Source: Lysobacteraceae bacterium | Lineage (GTDB): Bacteria; Pseudomonadota; Gammaproteobacteria; Xanthomonadales; Xanthomonadaceae | Assembly: GCA_046598445.1 (NCBI GenBank) | Contig: JBKJHV010000084.1 | Coordinates: forward strand, 1,552-65,551 | Direction of reading: 5' to 3' | DNA length: 64,000 nt | In this document: piece after piece, positions 17,196 through 28,296 of the stretch | Position numbering within the stretch: the first letter of the stretch is position 1 | Layout: every line of letters starts with the position of its first letter | Notes under the pieces: model-generated | The model's database searches: none | Seen by the model: only the letters and a program-made list of their open reading frames with translations | What the model was told of the DNA's origin: nothing | Translations under genes and position numbers: made by a program

Positions 17196-18992
17196 ATGAT
17201 CTATTCCGAGCCACCGTTCGAGGATTCGCGGCGCCTCACCGGTTCCAACGTGTATTTCGCCGGCTGCGGCGCGGCGCTCGAAACCATGGGCCCGCAGGCT
17301 CGCGACCCGGTCGCGCTCGCGGCGTGGTGGCTGCGCGCGGAAGCCGCGCGCGAAGCATTGGGCTGGGCGACGACCGAACCGGTGGTGCGCGTGCATCGCA
17401 GCGGCACGTCGCTGGCGTTCGTCGCGCCGGCCGATCAGCTCTACACCGCGACCGAAATCAACGAATGGGCCTGGTGCGCCAGCGTCGGCGACAGCAGCCT
17501 GCATGCGCCCGGCCATCCGGCCACCTACGACACCATCCTGGCGTTGCACACATTGCAGCGTTTCGCCGCTGCCGAGCGCCGTCCCGACGCCATCGCGCTG
17601 CTCGATTGCGCGCAAAGGCACGGCATCCCCGCCTTGATCGACGACGATGCGCTGAGTCTCGGCCTGGGTGTGCATGGGCGCACGTGGACGATGGAGGCTG
17701 CGTTGCCGGCCGCGGAAGATGTGCCGTGGCCGATGCTGGGCACGATTCCCGCCGCGCTGGTCACTGGTTCCAACGGCAAGACCACCACGGTGCGTCTGAT
17801 CGCGGCGATGCTGCGCGCGCATGGGCTGCGCACCGCGCATTCCTGCACCGATGGGCTGTTCGTGGGTGCGGGTGTCGGCGACAGCGCCGACATCGAACGG
17901 CTCGAAAGCGGCGACTACTCCGGCCCGACCGGCGCGCGCCAACTGTTGCGCCGCACCGATGTCGAAGCAGCGGTGCTGGAAACCGCGCGCGGCGGCCTGC
18001 TGCGGCGCGGATTGGCCTTGGCCGATGCCGATGTGGCGGTCGTCACCAATATCAGCGCCGACCATTTCGGCGAATACGGCATCCATTCGGTCGAAGATCT
18101 CGCTTCGGTCAAACTGACCGTCGCTCGCGCCGTGGCCGCGCACGGCTGGCTGGTACTCAACGCAGAGGATTCGCTGTTGCGCAGGCTCGGTCCGCAGGCC
18201 GCGTCGCGGGTCGCGTGGTTCGCGGTCGATCACGAAGCCTTGCCCGTGGATACGATGGATCTGCCGCGCTGCGCGGTACGCGACGGTCGTCTTTTGCTGG
18301 ACGACGGTCTGGAAACCCACGACCTCGGCGACATCGCGGCGATGCCGGTCACCCTCAGCGGCCGCGCGCGCTACAACATCGCCAACGTCGCCGGCGCCGC
18401 GCTCGCCGCGTCGCTATTGCGGGTGCCGATCGCGATCATCGGTGCGGTGCTCGCCGATTTCGGCCGCAGTCATGTCGACAATCCCGGCCGCCTGCAGCAC
18501 TGGGCGTTCGCCGGGATCGAAATATTCCTCGATTACGCCCACAACCCGGATGGCCTTGCGGGTCTGCTCGACATCGCCCAGGCGCGACGTGGCGGGGGAC
18601 GCTTGGCGCTGCTGCTCGGTCAGGCCGGCAATCGCGAGGACGAACAGATCCGCGAACTGGCGGCGGTGGCGGCCCGGTACGCGCCGGATCTGGTGGTGGT
18701 CAAGGATATCGATGGCTTCCTGCGCGGGCGCGTCGAGGGCGAGGTGGCCGAAGTGATCCGCAATGAATTGCTGCGGCTGGGCATGCACGAAGCATCGCTG
18801 CCTGTGCGGCTGCGCGAAGCCGATGCCGCGCGCGAAGCGCTGGGCTGGGCGCGCGTCGGCGACGTGCTGGTCCTGCCGGTGCACAGCCTCGATGCCAAGG
18901 CTGAAGTCGCCGGCCTGCTGGACGTGCTGCAAACGCAGGGCTGGCAGCCGGGACAGGCGTTGCCTGACGCGGCCGTTGATCCGTTAGTGTAG
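17196..18992 (+). CDS. CphA-related Mur-ligase-domain protein lacking the ATP-grasp domain
   Basis: GSNGKTTT, GDYSGP.GAR, ETARGGLLRRG, DYAHNP; N-terminus weakly mirrors CphA. Confidence 0.8.
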   Translation: MIYSEPPFEDSRRLTGSNVYFAGCGAALETMGPQARDPVALAAWWLRAEAAREALGWATTEPVVRVHRSGTSLAFVAPADQLYTATEINEWAWCASVGDSSLHAPGHPATYDTILALHTLQRFAAAERRPDAIALLDCAQRHGIPALIDDDALSLGLGVHGRTWTMEAALPAAEDVPWPMLGTIPAALVTGSNGKTTTVRLIAAMLRAHGLRTAHSCTDGLFVGAGVGDSADIERLESGDYSGPTGARQLLRRTDVEAAVLETARGGLLRRGLALADADVAVVTNISADHFGEYGIHSVEDLASVKLTVARAVAAHGWLVLNAEDSLLRRLGPQAASRVAWFAVDHEALPVDTMDLPRCAVRDGRLLLDDGLETHDLGDIAAMPVTLSGRARYNIANVAGAALAASLLRVPIAIIGAVLADFGRSHVDNPGRLQHWAFAGIEIFLDYAHNPDGLAGLLDIAQARRGGGRLALLLGQAGNREDEQIRELAAVAARYAPDLVVVKDIDGFLRGRVEGEVAEVIRNELLRLGMHEASLPVRLREADAAREALGWARVGDVLVLPVHSLDAKAEVAGLLDVLQTQGWQPGQALPDAAVDPLV

Positions 18993-19062
18993 GAGGGGCT
19001 TCAGCCCCGAGCCGTTGGTAATCTGCAGTGTCCTAGAAACTCGGGCCTGAAGGCCCTCCTAC
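18989..19062. repeat. GTAG-family REP doublet (REPIN)
   Basis: GTAGGAGGGGCTTCAGCCCCGA ... TCGGGCCTGAAGGCCCTCCTAC inverted pair; near-identical copy at 50343..50410. Confidence 0.85.
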
Positions 19063-19982
19063 ATCGACTGCGCGTCCCAGGCGCGGATCGCGGCTTCCAC
19101 CGCATCGACACCTTTGGCTGCGGCCGCTTCGTCGACTTGATCGATCGTGTCGTTCGGGCTGTGGATGACCTTCATGACTTTGGGCGGCGACATCGGTCGC
19201 TTGCCGGCGAACACCGCGAGGATGTTCGGGATTTCGTCGGCGTCGACCAGCGAGTAGGAGACCGCGGGCCACTCGGCCTTGAGGAAGGCGAGGTGGTCGG
19301 ACGGCGGGTATTGCTCGCCTGCGCTAATCGCCAAGCCCTGTGCCTGCGCGGCGCTGCGGCTGGCGGCGACCAGCGGATGCGCCGGGTCGGGCGTCATCAT
19401 CCACAGGCTGTCGCCCCATCCGAAGACATCGAAATTGATGTACAGCGCGGGCTTTTCGCTGTTTTGGGCACTGCTTTGTTCAATGTAAGCGGCGGCGCCC
19501 AGCAGTCCGTGTTCTTCCAGATCCCAGAAGGCGACCTTCACCCGATGGTGGGCCAATGGCGTGCCCTGCAGACGTTCGGCCAGCGCCATCACCACCGCGC
19601 TGCCGGACGCGTTGTCGGTGGCGCCGCGGCCTGCATCGACGCGATCCGAGTGCGCGCCGATCAGCAGCAGCGGCGCGCCGGCCGGGCCGCCGAGATCGAC
19701 CAGCAGGTTTTCGCCGTCGAGCTTGCCGGTAACGAATGACTGTTTCGTCGCGGTCAGGCCGATGCTCTGCAGGCGTGTCTGCAGATGCGCGCGGCGGGCG
19801 GCGTTGTCGTCGGCCTGCGCCATGCCCGCGACATCACCATACCAACTGCTGTGGGCGGGCTCGGATCCGCTGGATGCCGGCTTCGGCACGGGCGTGGCTG
19901 CGCAGGCCGCCAGCATGGGGATCAATATGGCGATCGGCAGTGCAGCGACGAGAACGGTCTGGCGACGCGGCAGCAGGGACAT
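19059..19982 (-). CDS. M28-family metallopeptidase lipoprotein
   Basis: Lipobox LAAC; GAHSD, GATDNASG, DLEEHGLLG, SDH, IHSPND. Confidence 0.85.
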   Translation of the reverse strand: MSLLPRRQTVLVAALPIAILIPMLAACAATPVPKPASSGSEPAHSSWYGDVAGMAQADDNAARRAHLQTRLQSIGLTATKQSFVTGKLDGENLLVDLGGPAGAPLLLIGAHSDRVDAGRGATDNASGSAVVMALAERLQGTPLAHHRVKVAFWDLEEHGLLGAAAYIEQSSAQNSEKPALYINFDVFGWGDSLWMMTPDPAHPLVAASRSAAQAQGLAISAGEQYPPSDHLAFLKAEWPAVSYSLVDADEIPNILAVFAGKRPMSPPKVMKVIHSPNDTIDQVDEAAAAKGVDAVEAAIRAWDAQSM

Positions 19983-20195
19983 CGGGCGATTCCTTTGGGC
20001 CAAGACATTGGCGAAAGCCGAATCCTGCCAGAGTCGCGACCGCCCCATAGGTGTCGTAAGTCATCCCGCGTGCTGCGTTATGGACGCGGGTAGGGTTATT
20101 CCTACACGCCGACGCGGTGAACGGCGCTTGTCGCGCCCGCCGGGCTTGCCTAGTCTGTGCGCAGGACGACTTTTGACGACTCTTTGGGGAAAGGA

Positions 20196-20843
20196 ATGAC
20201 GATTCGGGTATTTCTGCTGGACGACCATGCGCTGGTGCGCACCGGCATGCGCATGATGCTGTCGGCCGAAGTGGATATCGAAGTCGTCGGCGAAGCCGAT
20301 TCCGGCGAAATCGCGCTGCCGATGATCCGCAAGCTCAAGCCCGACGTGGTGTTGTGCGACCTGCATCTGCCGGGCATCAGCGGATTGGAGGTGACTGAAC
20401 GCATCGTCAAGGGCGAATACGGTTGCAAGGTCGTGGTGGTGTCGGTGCTGGAGGACGGCCCGATGCCGAAACGGCTGATCGAAGCCGGGGCATCCGGTTA
20501 CGTCGGCAAGGCCGGCGATGCGGTCGAATTATTGCGTGCGGTGCGCGACGTAGCGCGCGGCAAACGCTATCTGGCCAACGGCATCGCCCAGCATCTGGCG
20601 CTGGCAGGTATCGGCGGCGAATCCTCGCCGTTCGACACACTGTCGCCACGCGAGCTGGAAGTGGCGATGCTGCTGGTGCAGGGCATGCGTCAGGAAGAGA
20701 TCGCCAAGCGCTTGAGCCTCAGCGCGAAGACCGTGAACACGCACAAATCGCGGCTGTTCGAGAAACTCGGCATCCAGGACAGCATCGCGCTGGCGCGGCT
20801 GTCCTCCCAATACGGTTTGAGCGACCCCGCGCGCGTCGTGTGA
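20196..20843 (+). CDS. NarL/UvrY(GacA)-like response regulator
   Basis: DDHALVRTG receiver, D-L-H-L-P-G, LuxR HTH (LSPRELEV...KTVNTHK). Confidence 0.92.
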   Translation: MTIRVFLLDDHALVRTGMRMMLSAEVDIEVVGEADSGEIALPMIRKLKPDVVLCDLHLPGISGLEVTERIVKGEYGCKVVVVSVLEDGPMPKRLIEAGASGYVGKAGDAVELLRAVRDVARGKRYLANGIAQHLALAGIGGESSPFDTLSPRELEVAMLLVQGMRQEEIAKRLSLSAKTVNTHKSRLFEKLGIQDSIALARLSSQYGLSDPARVV

Positions 20844-20861
20844 CGCGCGCGGGGCAGGGTA

Positions 20862-23800
20862 TTACGCTTTCTTTTCGGTGTCGTCGTCGGCAGCGTCAGT
20901 CTGCGGCGTCGATTCCGCATCGGAACCAGCATCGGAAACAGTACTGGGAACAGTGTCGAACAACTGCAGGCCGATGCCGTACTGCGGCGCGGCGATGTCC
21001 TGGACGAGTTCGGCGGCCACATCCGGCGGAGCGATGACGATGGCCGGGACGATCGCGCGCTCGGCGACGACCGGCTCGACTGCGGCGATCTCTGCGACAG
21101 GCGCAGCATCGACAACGACATCGGCAACCACCACGACCGGTTCGGCAACGGGCTCGGCCACTGGTTCGACAACCGACGCTGGCACGATGACTGCGGCCAC
21201 CGTTTCGACGACTTGTTCGACCGCAGGCTGCTCGACCGCGTGCTGTTCGATAGCCGGCTGTTCGACAGCGTGCTCGAAGACCGGCGCTGGCGCGATGGCC
21301 ACCGGAGCGGCTTCGATCACAGCTGGCGTTTCGACCATTGCAACGCTGGCCTCAGCGACCGGCAGCACTGCGGGTGCGGCTGTTTCGACGATATCGGCTA
21401 CCGGGGCGACTTCAATTGCTGCGGATTCGGCCTGAGGCGCTTCGATCACCGCAGCCACGGCGGCGGCGAGCACGGCCGGAGCCGCCGCTTCCGCGGCGAC
21501 GATCCGTACCGGTGCGGGCGCCGCGGCGGCAGCAGGCGCGGCAGCCGGTTCGCGCACGATGGCCGGAAGATCGTCGAAATCGAACTCCGGCTGACTGCGG
21601 TCGACGTACGCCTGCGGCTCGTCGCTGGCCATGACATCGTCGGCCAACATTTCCTCGCCCGCGGCGGCGCCTTCACCGGCACCACGACGACGACGACGAC
21701 CACCGCGACGTCCGCGACGGCGCCGACCACCGGCTTCCTGCGAGCCATCGTCTCCGGCGTCATCGGCCGCGTGTTCGAGGTCGTTGGCATCGATCGCAGT
21801 GTCCACGGCTTCCAGCGGCGCTTCGGCGCCGTTGGCATGCTGCGGGGCATGCGGCGGAATTGCCGAAGCCACAGCGGATACCGCAGGCGTCGCTGCGGAC
21901 GTGTCGATGGCGATATCGGTCTGCGGCTTCGGCGCTTCGACTGCGGCCGCACGTTCTTCGCGACGCGGCTGCTGACGCTGCGTGTTGTCGTTGCCTTCGC
22001 CGTTCGCGGGTTTCGGCGTCTGCTGGCGCGGTTGCTGCTGCTTGGGCTGCTGCGGCTGGGGCTGCTTCGGCTGTTGCGGTTGCTGCTGGCGCTGACCCTG
22101 CGGCTGGCGCGGCTCGTTCTGCGGCTGCGGTTTCTGCTGCTGTGGCTGCTGGGCCTGCGGTGCGCCGCGACGCGGCTCTTCACGGCGCGATTCTTCGCGG
22201 CGTGGCTGCTGGTCGCGTCCGCCCTTCGGGCCGCGCTGGTCGCGCTGTTGGTCACGACGCGGACCACCGTTGCGGTCCGGGCGCTCGCCGCGGTCGCGAC
22301 CGTGCTGCGGACGTACCGGTGCCGGCGTCGGTGCGGCATCGCCGCCGCCGAAGATGCCTTTCAGCCAACCCATCAGGCCGCCGGACTTGGCGGCCGGCGC
22401 GGGCTGCGCGAACGCGGGTGTCGGCGCCGGCTGCTGTACCTGCGGCTGCGGCGCGGCTGCGCGCGGGGTTTCCTCGCGGTCTTCGCGCAGCGGCGCCGGA
22501 CGTGCCGGTTTGACATTGGTGACTGCGGGCGCGGCCGGGACGTTGAGATTCGCCTTGGTCAGCGCGATCGTCGCCAGTTTGCGCGGGGTGCCGCGCTGGT
22601 AGCTCGGCTTCGAGGTCTCTTCGCTCAGTTCGTTGTCGCGGATGCGGGTGACTTCGTAATGCGGCGTGTGCAGCGATTCGTCGGCGACGATCACGATCGG
22701 CGCGTCGTGGCGCTTCTCGATTTCGTTCAACGCGCGACGCTTTTCGTTGAGCAGATAGTTCGCGATCTCGACCGGCACCTGCACCAGCACCTGGCCGGTG
22801 TTGTCCTTCATCGCGTGTTCTTCGGCGAGACGGATGATCGACAGCGACAGCGATTCGATGCTGCGCATGCGGCCGTGGCCGTCGCAGCGCGGGCAAACGA
22901 GTTGGCTGGATTCGCCGAGGCTCGGGCGCAGCCGCTGACGCGACATTTCCATCAGGCCGAACTTGGAGATGCGGCCCAGCTGGACGCGGGCGCGATCGTG
23001 CTTCAGCGCCTGCGAGAGTTTGTTCTCGACGTCGCGCTGGTGTTTGTTCGACGCCATGTCGATGAAGTCGATCACCACCAGGCCGCCGAGATCGCGCAGA
23101 CGCATCTGGCGGGCGACTTCCTCGGCTGCTTCGAGGTTGGTGTTGAACGCGGTCTCCTCGATGTCGCCGCCCTTGGTGGCGCGCGAGGAGTTCACGTCGA
23201 CCGCGGTCAAGGCTTCGGTCTGGTCGATCACCAGCGAGCCGCCCGAAGGCAGGCGCACCGAACGCTCATAGGCGTTCTCGATCTGCGATTCGATCTGGAA
23301 GCGGTTGAACAGCGGGGTGTCGTCGATGTACTGCTTGAGCTTCCGCATGTTCTGCGGCATCACCTGCTCGACGAACTCTTTCGCCTCTTCATACATTTCG
23401 GGCGTGTCGACCAGGATCTCGCCGATGTCGGCGCGCATGTAGTCGCGCAGCGCACGGATGATGAGCCGCGATTCCTGGTAGATCAGGAACGGCGAGGTTT
23501 TCTTCAGTGCGGCTTCGGCGATGGCTTTCCACACGCTGAGCAGGTAATCGAGATCCCACTGCAGTTCTTCGGCGTCGCGGCCGACGCCGGCGGTGCGGAT
23601 GATCACGCCCATTTCGTCCGGAATGGCCAGCACGTCCATCGCCGCCTTCAGCGCAGCGCGGTCGTCGCCTTCGATCCGGCGTGAGACGCCGCCGGCGGTG
23701 GGCGAGTTGGGCATCAGCACCATGTAGCGGCCGGCCAGCGAGATGAACGTGGTCAGGGCCGCGCCCTTGTTGCCGCGCTCTTCCTTGTCGACCTGGACGA

Positions 23801-24098
23801 CGACTTCCTGACCTTCGCGCAAGAGTTCCTTGATCCCGGCCTTGTGGTGGTCCACACCGGCCTGGAAGTAGTCGCGCGAGATTTCCTTCAGCGGCAGGAA
23901 GCCATGACGCTCGCCGCCGTATTCGACGAACGCCGCTTCCAGCGACGGTTCGAGCCGGGTGATCCGGCCTTTGTAGATATTGGATTTCTTCTGTTCTTTC
24001 GACGGCCTTTCGATATCGATGTCGTAAAGATTCTGGCCTTCGACGATGGCGACGCGCAGTTCTTCGGCCTGCGTCGCGTTGATCAGCATACGTTTCAT
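20862..24098 (-). CDS. rne: Ribonuclease E
   Basis: [18 protein letters not shown]1 domain, [23 protein letters not shown], long disordered C-terminal half. Confidence 0.98.
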   Translation of the reverse strand: MKRMLINATQAEELRVAIVEGQNLYDIDIERPSKEQKKSNIYKGRITRLEPSLEAAFVEYGGERHGFLPLKEISRDYFQAGVDHHKAGIKELLREGQEVVVQVDKEERGNKGAALTTFISLAGRYMVLMPNSPTAGGVSRRIEGDDRAALKAAMDVLAIPDEMGVIIRTAGVGRDAEELQWDLDYLLSVWKAIAEAALKKTSPFLIYQESRLIIRALRDYMRADIGEILVDTPEMYEEAKEFVEQVMPQNMRKLKQYIDDTPLFNRFQIESQIENAYERSVRLPSGGSLVIDQTEALTAVDVNSSRATKGGDIEETAFNTNLEAAEEVARQMRLRDLGGLVVIDFIDMASNKHQRDVENKLSQALKHDRARVQLGRISKFGLMEMSRQRLRPSLGESSQLVCPRCDGHGRMRSIESLSLSIIRLAEEHAMKDNTGQVLVQVPVEIANYLLNEKRRALNEIEKRHDAPIVIVADESLHTPHYEVTRIRDNELSEETSKPSYQRGTPRKLATIALTKANLNVPAAPAVTNVKPARPAPLREDREETPRAAAPQPQVQQPAPTPAFAQPAPAAKSGGLMGWLKGIFGGGDAAPTPAPVRPQHGRDRGERPDRNGGPRRDQQRDQRGPKGGRDQQPRREESRREEPRRGAPQAQQPQQQKPQPQNEPRQPQGQRQQQPQQPKQPQPQQPKQQQPRQQTPKPANGEGNDNTQRQQPRREERAAAVEAPKPQTDIAIDTSAATPAVSAVASAIPPHAPQHANGAEAPLEAVDTAIDANDLEHAADDAGDDGSQEAGGRRRRGRRGGRRRRRGAGEGAAAGEEMLADDVMASDEPQAYVDRSQPEFDFDDLPAIVREPAAAPAAAAAPAPVRIVAAEAAAPAVLAAAVAAVIEAPQAESAAIEVAPVADIVETAAPAVLPVAEASVAMVETPAVIEAAPVAIAPAPVFEHAVEQPAIEQHAVEQPAVEQVVETVAAVIVPASVVEPVAEPVAEPVVVVADVVVDAAPVAEIAAVEPVVAERAIVPAIVIAPPDVAAELVQDIAAPQYGIGLQLFDTVPSTVSDAGSDAESTPQTDAADDDTEKKA

Positions 24099-24600
24099 GG
24101 TCTTGCGTTCCTCACGCGCATCATCCCCGCTCGAAAGCGGGCGCGCGGAACGCCATGGGCGTTTTCGCCTCTGGAGACTGCCGGCGACACCGTCGCGCGC
24201 TCGTCCCGCCCAAGGGGCGGGCCTGCCATGGGGCAGGCGCGCGGCAGGAGCCGCTTCAAGTATTCCAGCGCTGCAACACCACGGCGAGCCGCGGGAGCGC
24301 TTGTTGTTCTATAAATGTGTTACAGGCCGGCCGCCTGCGTCGGTTGCGCTGGAAGCGCGATGATGCGGCGGCACGGGACGTGTTCAGCACGAGTGTCTGA
24401 CGCACTCGGCGATAACCGGCTTTGCCGACAAGCCGCTAACATGGCCGCCCCGGAGGCGGTGGTCGCGTACTGCATCGGATATCGCGGGGGAGGCGGGCTT
24501 TCGGCCCATTCGAGCGACGCGACGCGAATGCGTCTGTCGCTAACTCCCTAGCGAAATCAACCCCTTATACCGCTCAACGAGTGTAGCAGATCACAATCCC
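24099..24600 (-). promoter_or_regulatory. rne 5' leader and divergent rne/rluC promoter region
   Basis: About 500-nt intergenic region with GC-rich hairpins; long autoregulatory rne leaders are established in gammaproteobacteria. Confidence 0.5.
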
Positions 24601-24615
24601 CATGACCGCATCCAT

Positions 24616-25605
24616 ATGACCACATCGAATGTACCGCCGCGTTCCGGCACCGAGCCCTCGGGTAAGGTCCGCCTTGTCCGCATCCACGAGGACCGCGACG
24701 GTCAGCGGCTGGACAACTTCCTGTTTGGCGTGCTCAAGGGCGCGCCCAAGTCGCTGATTTACAAGATCATCCGCAGCGGGCAGGTGCGCGTGAACGGCGG
24801 TCGCGCGAAGGCCGAAACCCGGCTGGAGGGCGGCGATGAGGTGCGCATTCCACCGGTGCATGTGCCTGAACCGGGCGAGAAGGGCACCCCCGCGCCCGGC
24901 CTGCTGCAAGCGGTGGAGGCCAGCATCATTTTCGAGGACGCCCGGCTGCTGGCGATCAACAAGCCCACCGGTATCGCCAGCCATGGTGGCAGCGGGATCA
25001 GTTTCGGGGTGATCGAGACCCTCCGCGCCCTGCGTCCGAACGCGACCCTGGAACTGGTCCACCGGCTCGACCGCGACACTTCCGGACTGATGGTCATTGC
25101 CAAGAAGCGTTCGGCGCTGACCGAATTGCAGGCGCTGATGCGCGAGAGCGATGCCGAAGACGGCCGCGGTATCGCCAAACGCTACCTGACCCTGCTGGTC
25201 GGGCGCATGCCCGACGGCACCATGAGCGTCGATGCGCCGCTGCACATCGGCCTGCGCCAGGGCGGCGAGCGCCATGTCCAGGTGCATTCGGGCGGCAAGG
25301 CCTCGCTCAGCCATTTCCGGGTGCTGGAGCGTCGCGGCGGGCATTCGTACTGCGAAGTGCGCATCGAAACCGGCCGCACCCACCAGATCCGTGTCCATGC
25401 CCAGCACATCGGTCATTCGGTGGCGGGCGACGACAAATACGGCGATCCGGAGGTCAACAAGCGCCTGCGCGAGCAGATCGGCCTGAAGCGGCTGTTCCTT
25501 CACGCGGCGTCGCTGGAATTCGCGCTGGACGGCGGCCGCGAACCGTATCTGCTGGATGCGCCGCTGGCGCCGGAGCTGGTGGACGCGCTGGATCGCTTGC
25601 GCTGA
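24616..25605 (+). CDS. rluC: 23S rRNA pseudouridine synthase C
   Basis: S4 domain (GQRLDNFL), HRLDRDTSG, TGRTHQIRVH; divergent from rne. Confidence 0.93.
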   Translation: MTTSNVPPRSGTEPSGKVRLVRIHEDRDGQRLDNFLFGVLKGAPKSLIYKIIRSGQVRVNGGRAKAETRLEGGDEVRIPPVHVPEPGEKGTPAPGLLQAVEASIIFEDARLLAINKPTGIASHGGSGISFGVIETLRALRPNATLELVHRLDRDTSGLMVIAKKRSALTELQALMRESDAEDGRGIAKRYLTLLVGRMPDGTMSVDAPLHIGLRQGGERHVQVHSGGKASLSHFRVLERRGGHSYCEVRIETGRTHQIRVHAQHIGHSVAGDDKYGDPEVNKRLREQIGLKRLFLHAASLEFALDGGREPYLLDAPLAPELVDALDRLR

Positions 25606-25724
25606 GGGTTACGCCTGCGGAGCGTTGACTTTACGGCTGTTCGGGGATCGTTCAGAATTTCATCGTCAATGGAGGATGTTCGCGCAGCGGGCGTCCTTTT
25701 TCGTTTCCATCAGGGGGATTCACC

Positions 25725-26699
25725 ATGTTCCGTCGTGCCTGCATTTCGATCCTCGCGGCGTTCTTCGCCGTGTCCGCCCATGCCGCCAAACCTCTGACCC
25801 AGCCCATGCCGCTGGGCGAGAATCTCGCCGTTGAAGTTGTGCTCAACCAGCAGGAAGTGGGCGTGGATGTCTCCGCGACCAATGCGATGGCGGCCGGTGG
25901 CGGTCTGCTGGGCGCGCTGATCGTGGCCGGCGTCGACAACGCCCGGACCAAGAATGCCGAAGAGCGCATCGTTCCGATCCGCGACCTGCTGATCGCCTAC
26001 AAGTTCAACGATGCGTTCGAGCGCGAACTGCGCGCCAGACTGCCCTCGGAAGGCATCACCACGACGCCGGTCTTCGTGGTGCAGAACACGTCTCTGGGCG
26101 CGATCGACGCGCAGAACAACAACCAGTCGGCGTCGCGAGCGTTCGTGTTGACGCCGCGCTATGCGTTCGACAACCGCTTCGATCAGATGACCGTGCGCCT
26201 TACCGCGCAGATGGTCGAACGCCAGCCGAAGAGCAGCGGCAAGATCAAGGCCGTCATCGGCTTCAGCCGGACCTATACCTTCCAGTTTTCCCTGCCGGAA
26301 ACGTCGGACAAGCCGGAAGAGAACGTCGCGGCGTGGACCGGGTTCGGCGGCGACGCGCTGGTGGCCATGCTCGACGAAGGCATGCACCAGACCGTCGACA
26401 TGCTGGTGTTCGACTTCTCCACGGAAGGCCGCGCCCAGTGGGAGAACTTCGACCGCAAGGCATCGGTTCGGCTCGCTGGCCGCACGTATCCCGGTCTGAA
26501 GGTGCGCGAAACCCCCGAGTGGGTGTGGACGCGCGTGGGCAAGGGCTGGATGCAGGCCCTGAACGGCCATCGCATCGCCGCGGCACTGCCGGTGACCACG
26601 CAGGTCGCGGCCCCGGCTGTCGAAGCCGCCGCCGCCGCTGCACCTGCCGCCGTCGAAGCCGCAGTGCCCGCGAAGACCGAAGCGCCTGCGACGCCGTGA
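25725..26699 (+). CDS. Secreted hypothetical protein
   Basis: GGGGA SD, signal peptide (..SAHA), GGGLLGALI glycine-zipper-like segment, Ala/Pro tail. Confidence 0.75.
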   Translation: MFRRACISILAAFFAVSAHAAKPLTQPMPLGENLAVEVVLNQQEVGVDVSATNAMAAGGGLLGALIVAGVDNARTKNAEERIVPIRDLLIAYKFNDAFERELRARLPSEGITTTPVFVVQNTSLGAIDAQNNNQSASRAFVLTPRYAFDNRFDQMTVRLTAQMVERQPKSSGKIKAVIGFSRTYTFQFSLPETSDKPEENVAAWTGFGGDALVAMLDEGMHQTVDMLVFDFSTEGRAQWENFDRKASVRLAGRTYPGLKVRETPEWVWTRVGKGWMQALNGHRIAAALPVTTQVAAPAVEAAAAAAPAAVEAAVPAKTEAPATP

Positions 26700-27217
26700 T
26701 GCGCGCCATATCGATGATGCATGCGCTGCCGCTGTTGATCGGCATGACGCTGGCAGGCTGTACGGTGAAGGTGAACAACGTCCGCGTCGACACCGCGAAG
26801 ATCGATGCGCGCGTTTCCGTGGCGTTGCGCTGCGCTTACCGGCTGCAGTCGGTCAGCGATCAGCGCCCGTCCGGCGATCGCGCAGGTACGCTTGGCGTCA
26901 ATCTGCTCACGGTGGAGAATGCGCCCGACACCCTGCGCTCGCAGTTGCTGCAGGCAGGTCTTGCGGATGCTGGTGGCGATGGAATGCCGGTGTCCATCGA
27001 ACTCATGCGCCTGTACATCAACCAGAATCTCTATACCAGCCTGCCCACCGTGGTGTATCGCGCGAAAGTCGGCGAAGGCCAGCCCTTCATCGTCCGTTCG
27101 CAGCTCGGCACGATGAGCTGGAGCGGATCGGAAAAGTCTGTTTACGAAGGCTATTCGGCCGCCATGCGCGATGCGAATACCCGGCTGATCGGCGAGCTCA
27201 ACGCGCGCTGTCAGTGA
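26699..27217 (+). CDS. Hypothetical lipoprotein
   Basis: TGATG overlap with upstream stop; lipobox LAGC. Confidence 0.7.
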   Translation: MRAISMMHALPLLIGMTLAGCTVKVNNVRVDTAKIDARVSVALRCAYRLQSVSDQRPSGDRAGTLGVNLLTVENAPDTLRSQLLQAGLADAGGDGMPVSIELMRLYINQNLYTSLPTVVYRAKVGEGQPFIVRSQLGTMSWSGSEKSVYEGYSAAMRDANTRLIGELNARCQ

Positions 27218-27292
27218 GCGATATGCGGGGGACGTCTGCCCGGGCCGATCGATCGGCCCGGCCAGACGACGACGGCGCCCGTCCGGAGCGGC

Positions 27293-28210
27293 CTATCGGG
27301 GTTCGTGGCGCCAGATCTCGCCGCTGTCGGTGATGGCCCAGGCGTTGCCGGCAGCATCCACGCCCACACGCTTGCCGGCGCCCTGTACATCGACCCAGGC
27401 GCCGGAGTTATCCCAGCGATGGATCGCGTTGCCGTCGCCCTTGCCGCGCTTGCAGGTGACGGCGTACACGGAGCCGTTCGCGGCGACATCGGTGAAGCAA
27501 CCCGGGCGCTTCTGCCAATAGCCGCCGCCATTGCTGAACCATTCGAAGATCTGCCCCTGCGCGTTGACCACCCATGCGGTGCGCCCGACCGAGATGCGCA
27601 CCGCGGCGCCGGGCATTTCTTCCCAGCCGCAGAAGTCCTTGGCGCCGCCGGCAATGCCGGTATTCGGGCATGGCATCGCGCGCGAAATGGCGTTGCCGCC
27701 TTCGCCGTTCGGCTGCGAGGTGATGACCCAGATCCCGGCCTGGCCGGCGGCGATGTCGGTGATCGGTTGGTCGTTCGGCGTGCCGCGTTTGATCCACTCG
27801 CCGTCGTTGATGCTGGTGTAGAGCATCGCGTCGCCGCCGACGGTGTAGCTGTTGCCGGCGTAGGTCGCGATGGCGCTGCCGTAGCCGGCAACGCCCAGCA
27901 GTGCGAACTCGGCGCCGTTCCAGCGGTAGAAGTGCGAGGAGCCGCGGCTGTTGGGCACGACATCGCAACCGGTCACATACATGACGCCATTACCGCCGCC
28001 GGCGAGGTCGCGCGCGCAGCCGGGCACGCGCACCCAGTGGGAATTCGGTTGGACGTAAACGTCTCCGGCGCGAACCTCTGCGTCGACGGGTTTGGCTGGG
28101 GTGCGCATCACGGTGGGAGTCCCCCAATCGGGCGGTGCGGCGCCGACGGTGCAGGCCATGGCGAGCGTGGCCGAAGCCAGCGCAGCGGCGGAAAGATTCG
28201 AAAGACGCAT
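27293..28210 (-). CDS. Secreted tectonin-like beta-propeller (lectin-like) protein
   Basis: Signal peptide; repeats W-x-x-V/M-PG-x-A-x-x-I-S/A-V-G...W-V-V-N-x-x-G-x-I-F/W. Confidence 0.7.
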   Translation of the reverse strand: MRLSNLSAAALASATLAMACTVGAAPPDWGTPTVMRTPAKPVDAEVRAGDVYVQPNSHWVRVPGCARDLAGGGNGVMYVTGCDVVPNSRGSSHFYRWNGAEFALLGVAGYGSAIATYAGNSYTVGGDAMLYTSINDGEWIKRGTPNDQPITDIAAGQAGIWVITSQPNGEGGNAISRAMPCPNTGIAGGAKDFCGWEEMPGAAVRISVGRTAWVVNAQGQIFEWFSNGGGYWQKRPGCFTDVAANGSVYAVTCKRGKGDGNAIHRWDNSGAWVDVQGAGKRVGVDAAGNAWAITDSGEIWRHEPR

Positions 28211-28296
28211 GAGTGATTCCTCGATGTGTGCATGCGGGGGCATGCGGATGGGATACGGATGTCGGATGCGGGCGGAATACAGGTCGAGTGCGGCGT

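Noticed and set aside
14548-17214. Very long antisense ORFs (also 21213..23684, 34557..37112, 43467..45812, 47282..49975, 57583..60084, 62182..63993)
   Set aside because: Typical stop-poor shadow frames opposite well-supported high-GC genes; no recognisable motifs
19059-19982. M28 peptidase as RiPP leader protease or cyanophycin-pathway member
   Set aside because: Convergent, separately transcribed lipoprotein 10 kb from the precursor; nothing in the sequence links it to either
20900-22500. Q/P/A/E-rich repeats in rne
   Set aside because: Expected disordered C-terminal scaffold of RNase E
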